DNA of 64,000 nucleotides. Source: Eledone cirrhosa. Its lineage: Eukaryota. The stretch covers positions 35,402,001 to 35,466,000 of the forward strand of contig OZ024741.1 in NCBI GenBank assembly GCA_964016885.1, in the 5' to 3' direction. Numbering within the stretch: the stretch's first letter is position 1; every line of letters starts with the position of its first letter. The translations under genes and the position numbers were made by a program. This document shows, in pieces, positions 24,631 to 38,734 of this stretch. The notes beneath the pieces were generated by a model. The model saw only the letters and a program-made list of their open reading frames with translations. It was not told where the DNA came from and did not search any database.

Positions 24631-27600
24631 GACAGTCAACGCGATCAGTCGCATATTTTGGCGTGGGAGACTATTTATTAAATTTAAGATGAATACTATC
24701 TCCGACAGTAATGCCACAACTACAGTACAGTCATGTTGAATAACTGGTTATTCTTCTGACTATCCCTTCTGAAGACACCTTTTATTCGAATTCGTAGAGA
24801 TATCCGACTAAATACATAATTCATTTTACAAGGATTTGCTACAAACAGCATGGCTGAACACAACATCAACAAAAAAATTAAGGGAGTATCGAAGACAAAT
24901 AACAAGGAAGGTAATCAAACTTTATTCAGTTGTAGCTACAGAAGAAAGCGAAATTATAAATCGCATTTCTTTTGGAGTTGCGAACTTAATAATGATTTAT
25001 TTAATTGTTATAAAATGGCAAAAAACAATCCCTCCATTGGTTATATGAATAGAATGAAGCTACACTGGGACGAAATGCACCCAGAGCTAAATTATTTCAC
25101 AGCGAAACAATTACGCCAACAAGCGACGTTTGTTGAACGTAAAAATAAGATAAATATTATTAATTGTAAGTCCCCCACAACAAACATGGAATCAACAACA
25201 CGTGCTATAGGTCGCCATGCTACTAGACTTCCTAGCAGCCAGGTCGGACAGCGCCTTGAAACAACTATGCCTGTAAGAAACTTGACACCACCTGTACCAT
25301 CTAAGTCTACCTCGAATGCTGGGGAAAACACTATCGATAATAATAATAATCGAAGAAATAATAATAATAATAATCGAAGAAATGTGACACCACGTGTACC
25401 ATCCGAGTCTACCTCGACTGTTGTGGAAAAAACTATCGATAATGATAATCAAAAGTATAAACAATTGAAAATGTCCCTCAACGAAATCTTCCAGAGAGAA
25501 ATTAACTCATGTATAAATATCTCTCTTGCTGAACGTGTTAAAATGACAATGGTGAATAAAAAACCAAATAATGAAATACTACGTGTTATTGACGAAATAG
25601 GGGATGAATATTTACGACGGATAAAAACCCCAACATTTTGGCAAATCAACGCCTGTTTATATGCCTTAGCAATGACAGTGAAGCATTATCTTGGTGATAG
25701 CAGAGATATTAACAAGAACAAAATACCACCAAAAATACCATCATATATAACTAAAATAGAAAAAAAGAGTGCTGACCTACGAAAAAACATAGGACATGTG
25801 ACAATGCTCCTTACATGCAAACAAACACAAAAAACCCCACTCCTCACCAACAAAGAGTAAAAAATAAAATAAAGACGATGTTTGGTAGCAGTAGAATCAG
25901 AACTCTCCAATATAAGCTGATCACCCTCAAACAAGAATTGAGAGCTGTTAGCGAAAAACGCCGATACCTGAAGAAGGTAGATGAGAGAAAAGTGATTAAT
26001 AAAAGATTCAGACGAAACCAAACATCAGTCTATAGAGATATGAAGGGAAAAATAATAAGTGTCACTGAGGCCCCATCCCAGAAAGACATAGATTCCTTTT
26101 GGAGAAAAAAATGGGGTGAAAAGAAGAATTTCAACCAAGATGCAGTGTGGCTAAGAGAAATCCGAAAGAACTATTGCTCCTACACTACAACAAAAACATA
26201 CGAAATAAGTGAGGGTACCCTTGAGACTGTGATAGGAAAACTCCAAGATAAGAAAACACCAGGAAGAGACATGATTGTCGGCTACTGGTACAAAAAACTA
26301 ATATTCTATCGGAGGTATCTTACTGACTTCTACCAACAAGTTCTTAAGGGAGATACACTTATACCAGAATGGTTACTGGTTCCCAAGAACAAAGACACCC
26401 ACTTGGCAAAAAACTACCGACCCATTGCATGCCAGAACCTGATGTATAAGATGTATACAGCCTGCCTGAACCTATTCCTCCAAGATCACTGTGAAAATAA
26501 TAACATCATCACAGATGAACAAGCAGCTGGAAAGAAAGGGGTTTGGGGATGTGGTGAACAACTCCTAAACAACAAAACTGCGATGTCGGAGGTGCGACAA
26601 CTTAGGAGGAATATGACTACAGTCTGGCTGGACTACAGGAAAGCTTTCGATTCTGTTCCCCACTCTTGGATGATAGAAGCCCTCCAACTTGCTAAAGTCC
26701 CAGACATTATTGTCAGAGCCATAGAGAGGCTGTCTTCTTCTTGGGCTACTATCCTAAGGTTAAAGACAGAGAGGGAGGACTCTATTTTCACTGATAAAAT
26801 AAAATATTTCAGGGGTATATTTCAGGGGGACAGTCTCTCTGTGATATTGTTCATCTTGTCATTAAACCCCTTGTCCTTTCTGCTCAAGAAATGTGAGGGA
26901 TTGCTCACAGGAGGACAGAAATACGAACCTAACCCATCATTTCTTTGTGGACGATCTGAAACTCTATGCCAAGAACATGGATGGGATGAAGAAAATCTTG
27001 ACCTGGTTACAACGTTCTCAAAGGATATAGGAATGGAGTTTGGCCAAGATAAATGCTCATACATGACTGTAAAGCGGAGAAAAACAACAGCCCAATCTAG
27101 CAACATTGTCATTAATGGTCTAACTGTTTCACCGATATCTGATCAGGACTGCTACAGATACCTGGGGATAGATGAGAACATATCCTATAATGGTATCTGT
27201 AATAAAGAACGCGTAACCAGGGAATACTACACCCGATTAAGAAAGATCTGGTCATCGGAACTCTCTGCACAAAACAAAACAGTGGCTCACAATGTGTTTG
27301 CTGTGCCTGTCCTAACACCAACGTTTGGAATACTCAATTGGACGATAGACGAAATCCGAGCAGTTGATGCTGGAACTCGAAAAATACTAAACAACACCGG
27401 AAACTTCCACATCAACAGTGACATATACCGCCTTTACTTGAAACGTAAACAGGGAGGCAGAGGCCTAACATCAGTCCAGAAAACATTTGAATGTCGCATC
27501 ATATCTCTCCGACAACATCTACGAACCTCGAAGCGTAGGAGCCCTTTTCTCGAGCAAGTCTATCTGCATGAAACATAAGATCATGAGAGTTGGGAAGGAA

Positions 27601-28733
27601 CTCCTTGAGAGATATTCCCTGTGTGATAATCAAAAACTCACACCCAGGGATGTCGCTCAGCAGTATCGCAGTGAATCCATGGATGAAAAACTGCATGCCT
27701 ATCAGCAAAAAATCATGCATGGATATGTTGCCAGGAAGCTCCAGAGTGAGAGTAATATAGATAAGGAAAGTAGTCTATCTTGGACCAACAACCGCTATAT
27801 TGGCTCCCACTTTGAAGGATACGCTTTTGCAATCCAGGAACAGGAGATTAGCACGAAATACCTGATTCACAAAAGAGATAGGGATGCAGGCAAAACACCT
27901 AGATGTGATAACAAGTGCAGACTCTGCAGAACTAACATCGAGGATATCACCCATGTCATCAGCAGCTGTCCAAAGATGTCATCGAGGTACTACCTACCTA
28001 TGAGGCATGGTGTAGTGGCCAAAACACTGTACGATGCAGTTCGTAAAAAAGATAGCCCCGATAATAAACACATTAAAAGCTACAACAATATGGAAGACAT
28101 CCATGTACATAATATGAAAGAGTATTGGTGGAATGTTCCAGTAAAAAACCCAATAAAATGCAGGCATAACAGACCAGCTATTATGATATGGGACAGGGAG
28201 AAGAAAACATGCACAGTAGTAGAAATTAGCTGCCCAGCAGATGCCAATATAATATCAAAGATTAGTGAAAAGGAGAACATTTATGCAGAATTGATGAGAA
28301 ATCTGCAGATACTCCACCCTGATTACACCTTCAGATTTATGCCTGTGATTATTGGGGCACTGGGATATGTTAGTAACTGCTTCAATACAAATATTGAGAA
28401 GCTAGGCTTCACAGGAACAGAAAGAACACAACTAGTTAGGAAACTACAAGTACAATCCATTAATGGAAGAGTAAAAATATGTAAAACATTCCAAAAATGT
28501 TGCATCTAATAACTGCATATACACATGTACAGATACAAAGCATATACACATGCACACATACAACTCAAAACATATAAATCCACACATACAATAACATCCA
28601 TATCTACACATGCATGCATACATATCTACCTAGTTGATGTTGTGTAAATTCCAGTGAGAGAATCTTGCGTCTATGTTAGAAACCGACTCTCTCTCTATTG
28701 GTAAAACTTTGTGAAATTATAAAACCAGAAGAA
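24631..28733 (+). mobile_element. Near-full-length R4/Dong-like (RLE) non-LTR retrotransposon
   Basis: Begins after (TACA)n and ends in (TACA)n; one long frameshifted ORF. Confidence 0.92.
24850..28509 (+). pseudogene. RT + CCHC + restriction-like endonuclease polyprotein, with several frameshifts
   Basis: NYRPIAC, WLDYRKAFDSVPH, GIFQGDSLS, FVDDLK (alternate frame near 26945), YRYLG, GGRGL, CRLC..H..SSC, RP(A/D)I, VEISCP..KENIY. Confidence 0.92.
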
Positions 28734-28749
28734 TATACATACATACATA

Positions 28750-29110
28750 TACTCTCAGGCCTTGAATAATCACCGCCTTCCCCCGCTTATTAATATTTCA
28801 GATCCCCCACCCCCACGCGCTTATTAAATTTTGCTAATCTATCTCCGGCGAAATTTTATTGTAAGTGATTCGTATCGATACAGCAGCTGGAGAATCTAAC
28901 AATAATTTTACATTAAAACAAACATTATATATGACAAAAAAAGGACATTACAAGAAATCCCATATTTACGAACGTACACTATACAATTACCGATTGCGCC
29001 ACCACTCCCGATTATTCTACCACCCTCTCTTATAAGAATTTAAGCAAATATCCACCCCATTCTTATTCCACTTCTACCCCCCTCCCCTATATTTTTGTAC
29101 CCCAAGAGTA
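28750..29110. mobile_element. MITE-like non-autonomous DNA transposon
   Basis: TACTCT...AGAGTA ends (TA-flanked) with repeated subterminal CCC..CTTATT motifs. Confidence 0.45.
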
Positions 29111-29620
29111 ATTATGAAATTTGATATGAAACTGCTTATTATAAGTAATATATTATAACATTTCATAACTAACCACAATTAGAGACCTACTATTTCAGAG
29201 TACATGATTACAAAATATATGCTCACTCCACTTTTCCCTTCACTGCCCTTATATTAATATATCACACGCCCTTATATTAACATACTTTTGCTCATAGCTT
29301 CGTACTTACATGCACACACACTCTTTTACTCACATATACACACACATTTCTTCTTAGATTCGTACGGACGTATAATAACACACAAACACAAGCTTACGCA
29401 CGTGCACAAGTATAGCTCTTTTTAAAAAACGTTTTGTTTTTCCATTTCAGGTAGACGCGCTCCATCATCCACTTTTCTAAAAAATAAATCATACACAAAA
29501 CGCCAGCACCAACAGTTTTACAAGAGATGTCAACATGAATGGACCTGTTATTTTTATCTAAAGACATTTTTTCAAATTCCACCCCGCCCGTCCCCTCAAT
29601 CTATCTTATTTCTCATTCTT

Positions 29621-29656
29621 TCTTCTGATGAAGGTCTAGCGTCCGAAACGTTAAGA
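29621..29656 (+). ncRNA. Minimal type I hammerhead in the Neptune-type pLTR
   Basis: TCTT-CTGATGA-a-ggtc(tagc)gtcc-GAAA-cg-TT-AAGA; palindromic ACGT stem III. Confidence 0.85.
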
Positions 29657-29737
29657 CCCTCTTCCTGCTATATTAAGCGTTAACCTAATATATCCCTTCC
29701 ATATACTGTACCGATTGTGTTGTTATTTCAGTTTACC

Positions 29738-29886
<149 letters not shown>

Positions 29887-30583
29887 CAAGGCCTAGCAAA
29901 TAGAGAAAATGTTTTAAAATAAATTTTAAAAAGTTCGCAGTACTGTGCCTTTACCGCGGTTTCATGCTCCAGAATATGTGCCTTTACCGCGGTTTCATGC
30001 TCCATAATAAACGGAAAATCCAAGCGGATTCCCATTGAGAAGGGACCAATCTTCAGAGGGCTCTTCTCCCTCGGAGAATATAAAATTCCCGAGTTCAAAT
30101 CACAAACTGACGCCATACAAAACCATTCCGAAATGAGAGCGAATGATGAAAGAAATAATTCTGTCTAGTGCCGTGTGCAGAGACAAAAGGCAGGGTGGAC
30201 AGGTCAATGTCCTGCCACTAGAAATAGTGTTCTGGCTTGTTAATTTATTAACCCGCCATAGAACCACAATGGCATACTAGAAATATGTTCTGGCTTGTTA
30301 ATTCATTAACCCGCCATAGAACCACATTGGCATACGGTTGGATAATACTTGTTTCCCTATATGTATTTTTTACATGTAGGAATTCATACTTTATTATATA
30401 TATATATATATAGTATTAATTATACTATTTATGGTTATGCAAATACAAAAACATTTTGCAGTTATATATATTTTTATATATTTTTATAAACCCTAAATAG
30501 TGGTAGGCAGTAATATATTACTACCTTATTACCAGTAAGCTGAATAGCTCAATGTAAAAACATCAGATGATTTACAGAGCAGT

Positions 30584-32536
30584 TATATGAATTATAAGAA
30601 TCAAAGAACTGTTCAAAACATTTTTATGCTTACAACTGTTTCCTCCAAACCGAGGTTTGGATTCTTCGGAGCAATTTATTATTGAATGAACACTTATATG
30701 ACCTCCTTGTCACCCAAGAGACATACAGATACATATGCAAATATTGTGGGTCAACATTCATTATAGCATTTAGTGTGGCAGTACACACTTAGAAATTACA
30801 TTCATATTAAAAGATACAATCAAAAATACAGGTTAAAATACAACATGAAATTAAGCGGTTATATAGTGCAAAGGTTATATGTGTGGCAAGCACGTGCGTC
30901 TTGTTCATATAGTGTGGCAGAGAGTTACGTGTAATAGAAGCACTTAAGCAGGTAATCGAGAGTGTTAAGGTGGTTGATCTGGTGATGAATTCTTTATATG
31001 ATTGTTATAGTCTGTGCGTGGAGAAATAATATAAGTATTAAAAATAGTGTAAGCATTAAAAATATTGGAAATGCGTAGCGAAGCGATGATATGGATTTCA
31101 TGCACTGCGACATTTTCATAGTCTGGGGAGCGTATTTTTCAGATTATATGCCCCTCACATAATCCACGACGATTCGATATTGGGCGTTTGACAATCCAGT
31201 TAGAGAATCGTGGTCTGATGTTCTATAGCTCAATACAGGAGGATGTTACGTTGCGAGAATCGACATCGAAATACTATCCGGAAGTGTGTGTGTGGCAAAG
31301 GGGAGTTAATGCATGAGGGGAGGTAACTCAGTGGTTTCTATTACTAACTATTAAATTGTGTCTCAAAATAGACCCTAACTTATATGGTTATGCGCAGTTT
31401 CTAAACATTTTCTAAAGTCATGAGGACTGTGGATTGACCTCTGGTCGGCCCTAGTGATGATTATCTTTTGACATCCAATGTAGCAAGCACTGACCCAGAA
31501 CTTACCAGAGATCATTGTGTGTTGAAGTGATTCTGCAATCACCTTGCCTGGTTCTTTGAGTAGACTGCAATCACAGAGATCATTATTTGAGAATTCTCGC
31601 TCGTCGTGTATAATATTCATTTGTGGCACTCTGCGATGGGGTTAATCACCATAATAAAAACACCTTCAGCACAACTTAATAGACTACTCTATAGTTAAAA
31701 CACTTTAAATTTTTAGAAATTTTTTAGAAACTGCGCATAACCATATAAGTTAGGGTCTATTTTGAGACACAATTTAATAGTTAGTAATAGAAACCACTGA
31801 GTTACCTCCCCTCATGCATTAACTCCCCTTAGCCACACACACACTTCCGGATAGTATTTCGATGTCGATTCTCGCAACGTAACATCCTCCTGTATTGAGC
31901 TATAGAACATCAGACCACGATTCTCTAACTGGATTGTCAAACGCCCAATATCGAATCGTCGTGGATTATGTGAGGGGCATATAATCTGAAAAATACGCTC
32001 CCCAGACTATGAAAATGTCGCAGTGCATGAAATCCATATCATCGCTTCGCTACGCATTTCCAATATTTTTAATGCTTACACTATTTTTAATACTTATATT
32101 ATTTCTCCACGCACAGACTATAACAATCATATAAAGAATTCATCACCAGATCAACCACCTTAACACTCTCGATTACCTGCTTAAGTGCTTCTATTACACG
32201 TAACTCTCTGCCACACTATATGAACAAGACGCACGTGCTTGCCACACATATAACCTTTGCACTATATAACCGCTTAATTTCATGTTGTATTTTAACCTGT
32301 ATTTTTGATTGTATCTTTTAATATGAATGTAATTTCTAAGTGTGTACTGCCACACTAAATGCTATAATGAATGTTGACCCACAATATTTGCATATGTATC
32401 TGTATGTCTCTTGGGTGACAAGGAGGTCATATAAGTGTTCATTCAATAATAAATTGCTCCGAAGAATCCAAACCTCGGTTTGGAGGAAACAGTTGTAAGC
32501 ATAAAAATGTTTTGAACATTTTTTTTATTCTTATAA

Positions 32537-32544
<8 letters not shown>
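30584..32544. mobile_element. ~830-bp near-identical inverted pLTR arms (30584-31416 / 31712-32544) with ~295-bp spacer and a hammerhead near each outer end
   Basis: The arms read as reverse complements with very few mismatches. HHR TGCT-CCGAAGA-a-tccaaac(ctcg)gtttgga-g-GAAA-cagttg-TA-AGCA at 32455-32501(+) and 30627-30673(-). Confidence 0.92.
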
Positions 32545-32575
<31 letters not shown>

Positions 32576-32579
32576 ACGC

Positions 32580-33030
32580 TTATGTGGACCTCTCAAAATT
32601 CGTTGGATTTTCTAATTGGATTTTCACCCCGAAACTGGATAACAACCCGGAGTACACCTGAACTTCCACCAGGAAATCTTTCGTATCATTGAAATGTTCT
32701 TTGCTTCTTGCATTTAAATATTCCACGACTCTCTACCACTTTTCCTCTACTACAATCTTCTCTACACCACCATCTTCTTCTCACCCGTCTATTTTTCACT
32801 CCCACCCTAGTACCTTCAATATACCCAACTCAAATCTTTTCTCCGCCAGCTCCATTCTACTCTCAAGTGCTTCCTCTAACACCCTCCCCCCTATATGCAT
32901 CCAATCCTCCCTGCATCTCTCCAACCTCATCTTCACCAAAACACGATACAACAGTCACATCACATTTTAAAGTCGCTGTCTCCACCACCTCCTCATTCCC
33001 TGCGGTTTCCGCCTCAAGTTCCTCCCCACT
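32580..33030 (+). mobile_element. Highly decayed Neptune-type PLE RT C-terminal fragment
   Basis: DLSKFVGFSN..FHP, STTLYH and HSHP..NIPNS resemble PLE RT-thumb motifs. Confidence 0.4.
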
Positions 33031-33699
33031 TGTGTGTGTGTGTTAAACTAACGCTACAATCTGACAAAATAGTTCTGCAACGTTTTTCAGGAGGATGTAC
33101 ATCGATAACACCACAAGCAATGCTGAAAGAACTTTGACGAATCAATTACTCAATTTATCTAATTTAATAATAAAACTGAAGTGAAAAACATCCAGTGCGT
33201 GTGTATTTGACTGGCCGTATGGCACTACCAAAGAACGACAATATCTGTTTCAGTTCGCGATTTCTCATAGAGAACCTCGCAAAAGATTTACGAAAACGAA
33301 ATATATTTTGTAACACTTTAAACTTTGATATATAGAATGGGAAAAGTAATGTTTTCTTTATTAGTTTCTGATTTTGGCACAAAGCCAGCAATTTGGGGGG
33401 AGGGGGAAAGTCGTTTAAATCGATCTCAGTACGTGACTGGTACTTTATTTTATCGACACTGTAATGATGAAAGGTAAAGCTAACCTCAAAGGGATTTGAA
33501 CTCTGAAAATAAGGGTTTCTGATTTAGGCACAAGGTCAACAATTTTGGGGAGTATAATTGAGAAAAATAATAAATCTGATCTTTTTCAGTCGAAGTAATT
33601 TATCTAAAATGTGTTTTAATATCAAGAACACCGTCAAGGCATAAACTGTTTGTATTTTAAATGTTTCAGTCTAGTTTGAGATATAAAGGCACTCAATAC

Positions 33700-34231
33700 A
33701 TGTGTGAGAGTGACGTTCAAACGAGTATCTTCCACTACTTACCCTCTGCCTCAGGATCCCAGCTGACAGGATGGAGAATACATTGCCCCGGAGGGTTCGC
33801 ATCTGCGGGCGGTTAACTCCGCTTCGATAACGGTGAATAGGGATGTGGTCCGGCGGCCAAGAACGCCGGAAGTCTTCACTGCTACAAGCTCTATCACAAA
33901 CCTATCAGAGAGCAGCCGATACATGGACAGTTTGTCCTCTTCGGTTTGGCGGGCAATCGTAAAACATTCATATATAGCTTACCGAAACATTTTTGATATT
34001 CGACAGGGAAACATGTTTCCTGATACGGCTCATTGTTCGTGAGCAACAGTTGTTGTTAAATCTATTTAATAATGGGTATAAAACGAGGAAGACGTTTCTG
34101 GAAATTCTTGGTTGACAGGTTTGATCACGAAGAACATACATGTGTTTTATTTTATATTTAATATTTATTATTTCTGTGACTTGCCGTGACTGTTGAGTCT
34201 TCCCCTTAGCTACGATGTCACGTAAGCAGCA
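33700..34231 (-). mobile_element. Gypsy 5' LTR + gag N-terminal remnant
   Basis: TG...AACA LTR-like segment (34231 to ~34050), then VAVK/LPAFLAA../FTVIEAEL..MY across frameshifts. Confidence 0.5.
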
Positions 34232-34342
<111 letters not shown>

Positions 34343-34356
34343 GCATGTGTGTATAT

Positions 34357-34390
<34 letters not shown>

Positions 34391-34414
34391 CACACATGCA
34401 TACATACCCACACA

Positions 34415-34462
<48 letters not shown>

Positions 34463-34499
34463 GATATATATAGAGATATATAGAGAGAGATTTAGATAT

Positions 34500-35229
34500 A
34501 TACTATCAGAAGATCGTTTGTTCACAAGTCGAATTGTCGTTATTCGTTTCGGTTTATTTTTTAATTTACTCAGTTATATCACAAAATAACGATGGTAAGT
34601 TTTATTATTATTATTATTATTTATCTTTTCTATTTCCATGTAGAGTCCATTTTCAATATTTACATCTTATCAAAGAACCCACCTTCGATCATGGCTGACC
34701 GAAATGGTGGCTTGGAAAGTTCCTCTACAAGTAAAGATGTTTTGTCGCCCCTGATGTGTATAGACTTTCAATGAGAGCAGCTACAGAATGTACCCCAGGT
34801 TAAAGTTTTGAAAACGATTTTATTTTGGATTGAAGCTTTTTTATTTTTGTATAGAGATTCTAGAAAAGAAAATTCGTAAAAAGAGCTTTATGATTTAGCA
34901 TTAAAACTACATATTTTGCCGCACTCAAATGCTGATGTGGAAAGACTTTTGGTGTGAGGAATATAGTTCATTCGCCGATGGATATCTTGAAAAAAAATAG
35001 GGACTATTGGTGCCTACAACCTGACTCCAGAAGAAAACTGGACACCAGGCTCTTCATAAAGGAAGAGTGCTTTCATTTAGAATTCCTCGATTTATAAATT
35101 TATTTAATTCAGGCCCGATATTCTTTCATTGTTTTCTTTTCTAGTGCATTTAAACAAAATATTGGCACGTTTTGGTGCACCATTGACCTTAATTTAGTGC
35201 GTTTATCTTTGAAAAGATCGGGAACACTG
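34500..35229 (+). mobile_element. Internally deleted hAT-type transposon
   Basis: IDFQ*EQL..FWIE..YRDS..ELYDLALKLHILPHSNADVERL (hAT C-terminal dimerisation motif). The 3' end GATCGGGAACACTG is a CAGTGTTCC-type TIR. Confidence 0.75.
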
Positions 35230-35323
35230 ATTGTGTCTACGGATGCTTATTTCAAAACTTAGAATTTCAGGCCAAATAATGGAGTCTGTTACAATCTTCA
35301 AGTGAATAAAAAAAAATCATCCA

Positions 35324-35359
<36 letters not shown>

Positions 35360-35428
35360 TGGGTGATTTTATATATATATATATTCACACCAGCCGAAAT
35401 CGCTTGGCGCCGCGGTCAGTATTTAACA

Positions 35429-35521
<93 letters not shown>

Positions 35522-35606
35522 AAAAGAAATTGAAAATGCAATTTACTTCTTTATATGTGTTTCAGACACATCACAACAGAAACACAAACCCTCGAACTCT
35601 ATTATA

Positions 35607-35642
35607 CTTTTGATAATCATAAGAACTGTGAAACCGGTAAAG
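35607..35642 (+). ncRNA. Minimal hammerhead, U3-A8 core variant, inside a small fold-back (35515-35695)
   Basis: CTT-TTGATAA-tcat(aagaa)ctgt-GAAA-ccgg-TA-AAG; stem II is weak. Confidence 0.6.
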
Positions 35643-35809
35643 GAAATAAATATTCTTAAAAGACTCCAGTTGCATTTTCAATTTCTTTTTCTTATATATT
35701 TTCTCGGGTGTGACATTTAAAAAAACCTTACTTTCTTATATATAATTGCTTTTTTTAAATAAATGTTTGCTGTTATGAGAAAATCCTATTAGTATTTTCT
35801 ACTGTTTTT

Positions 35810-35877
<68 letters not shown>

Positions 35878-36211
35878 TAGAGAGAGAGGGGGAGACCCGT
35901 AACTCCTGATATTTTTACAGCGCCATCAAAACGTGTTGTGTCATGAACATTTTAAACCGGGTGGAGCCCAAATATCTCCAAACCTGAACACATCCGGTTT
36001 CTTAAGGGAGAGAATTAGGGGAAGAATGGAACCTAGTGCTAGACTAATACTTCTTTTATCGACCACGAAAGGATGCAAGGCAAAGTTAACACTGCCGGAT
36101 TTTAACGCAGAGAGCCGGAACGGATAGTACAAAGTATTCTATCTGAATCTGCCAACTCACCGCCTCACGTATACATCCATCTACCCATACATACATACAT
36201 ACATACATACA

Positions 36212-36242
<31 letters not shown>

Positions 36243-37020
36243 TTATATCCACCCATACCTACGTACATATATACATACATCCATCCACACATACACATGT
36301 ATGTATGTACATACGTACGTATGTATATATGTATGTATCCATGTATGCATGTATGCATATATGCATGTGTGTGTGTGTACGTACGTATGTATGTACATAC
36401 GTACGTATGTATGTATGTATGTGTGTGTGTGTGTGTACGTACGTATGTACATAGGTACGTAAGTATGTATATTTGTATGTATGTATGTTCTTCTGGTTTT
36501 ATAATTTCACAAAGTTTTACCAATAGAGAGAATGTCGGGTTCTAACATAGACACAAGACTCTCTCATTGGAATTTACACAACATCAACTAGGTAGATTAT
36601 GTATGCATGCATGCATGTGTAGATATGGATGTTATTGTATGTGTGGATGTTTCGAGTTGTATGTATGCATGTGTATATGCTTTGTATCTGTACATGTGTA
36701 TATGCAGTTATTAGATGCAACATTTTTGGAATGTTTTACATATTTTTACTGTTCCATTAATGGAGTGTACTTGTAATTTCCTAACTAGTTGTGTTCTTTC
36801 TGTTCCTGTGAAGCCTAGCTTCTCAAGATTTGTATTGAGGCAGTTACTAACATATCCCAGTGCCCCAATAATCACAGGCATAAATCTGAAGGTGTAATCA
36901 GGGTGGAGTATCTGCAGATTTCTCATCAGTTCTGCATAAATGTTCTCCTTTTCACTAATCTTTGATATTATATTGGCATCTGCTGGGCCGCTAACTTCCA
37001 CTACTGTGCATGCTTTCTTT

Positions 37021-37052
<32 letters not shown>

Positions 37053-37414
37053 GCGTATAAGTGAAGGCGCATGGGTTAGTAGTTAGAGCATTGGGCTTGC
37101 AATCGAAAGGTTGTGAGTTCAATTCTCGGACCAGGTGATGTGTTGTTTCCTTGAGCAAGACACTTTATTTCATGTTGCTCCAGTTTACTCAGCTGTAGAA
37201 ATGAGTACCAGCCTGCCAGCCCAGCCAGTGGGATGGCCTTATCTTATGGCTAAAACAGCACGACGTGCTGTGACCAGCGGCGCCGATTGGCGCCCGACAG
37301 ACTGGTCGGTCAAGGTGATCAAGGTGATGTATATATATATATCCATATATATACACATATATATATATATACATGAATATTTACATACATGTATATTATA
37401 TATATATATACATG

Positions 37415-37786
37415 TAATATTATTCAAATATTAACAAATGAAGATATTCACATAATCAAAATATATGCTTTATTATATATATTTCGAGGGTACTGTGTTG
37501 TTTTTTCAGTACGTCCTCCTCAGATAAAATATATGATTTGATATATAACATACCTCTACGGTCTTGATATTTCAATTCCTGTATTGTCAGTGATTTATTT
37601 CATCAAATCACTGCCAATACAGGAATTGAAATATCAAAACCGTAGAGGTATGTTATATATCAAATCATATATTTTATCTGACGAGGACGTACTGAAAAAA
37701 TAACACAGTACCTTCGAAATATATATAATAAAGCATATATTTTGATTATGTGAATATCTTCATTTGTTAATATTTGAATAATATTA
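37415..37786. mobile_element. 182-bp inverted arms with an 8-nt loop; hammerheads at 37469-37528(-) and 37673-37732(+)
   Basis: TTTAT-CTGACGA-ggacgtactg(aaaaaataaca)cagtaccttc-GAAA-tatata-TA-ATAAA. Confidence 0.9.
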
Positions 37787-37935
37787 GAAAACTCCAGGAA
37801 ATTGTTTATGTTGAGTGCTTTTAATCTATTATAAAACTGTATTCATTGAGTAATCAATGAACCATATTAATCTTTGATTATATATATATATATATAATAT
37901 ATATATATACATATACATGAATATATACATACATG

Positions 37936-37983
<48 letters not shown>

Positions 37984-38433
37984 TTATGGCAAAGGAGCTC
38001 TTAAGAGTCAATGGCCATCCAAAATCACCGGGAGAGATGACCTCTTAGCCTTTGTCAAGGCAGAATTCTAGGAGAAGGAAAAACTCTGATATAACACCTG
38101 CAACCCTGATGGTATCCAATGATGTTGACATGTTCTTCTTTTTGGTAAATATCATCTTGGTTAAGAGAGTGGGACTGGCTTTGTGCAGTGCCTCTGCTCA
38201 CTATAAAAGCTTCACGGCACAGGCATTGCTTCATATCTGGAGATCTCTCTGCACTTGTCGTCACATGGTACCACGGGCCCAGCACTATGTGTCAATAATT
38301 GTCACAAGTGTAGTGTTTGTACCAGAGTTTTCAAGTCGCTGGCTGGACTAAAAAGTCACACTCGTTCAGCGCATCGGTAGGAGTTCTCCTACATGGATAT
38401 AAAGTAGTGGCCGTACTCGAAAACGAGTTGGCA

Positions 38434-38471
<38 letters not shown>

Positions 38472-38495
38472 CACATATATATATATATATTCATG

Positions 38496-38574
<79 letters not shown>

Positions 38575-38590
38575 TCATGTATATATATAT

Positions 38591-38667
<77 letters not shown>

Positions 38668-38734
38668 CATATATATATATATATCCATGTATATATATAT
38701 ATATATATATATATAGCGAAGGAATTTTCTTTAT

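Noticed and set aside
29940-30335. Two short tandem duplications (28 bp and ~58 bp)
   Set aside because: Real, but no TIR, TSD or coding signal was found; likely local slippage in an unclassified repeat.
37063-37135. tRNA gene
   Set aside because: A/B-box-like head continues into a SINE body; no acceptor stem.
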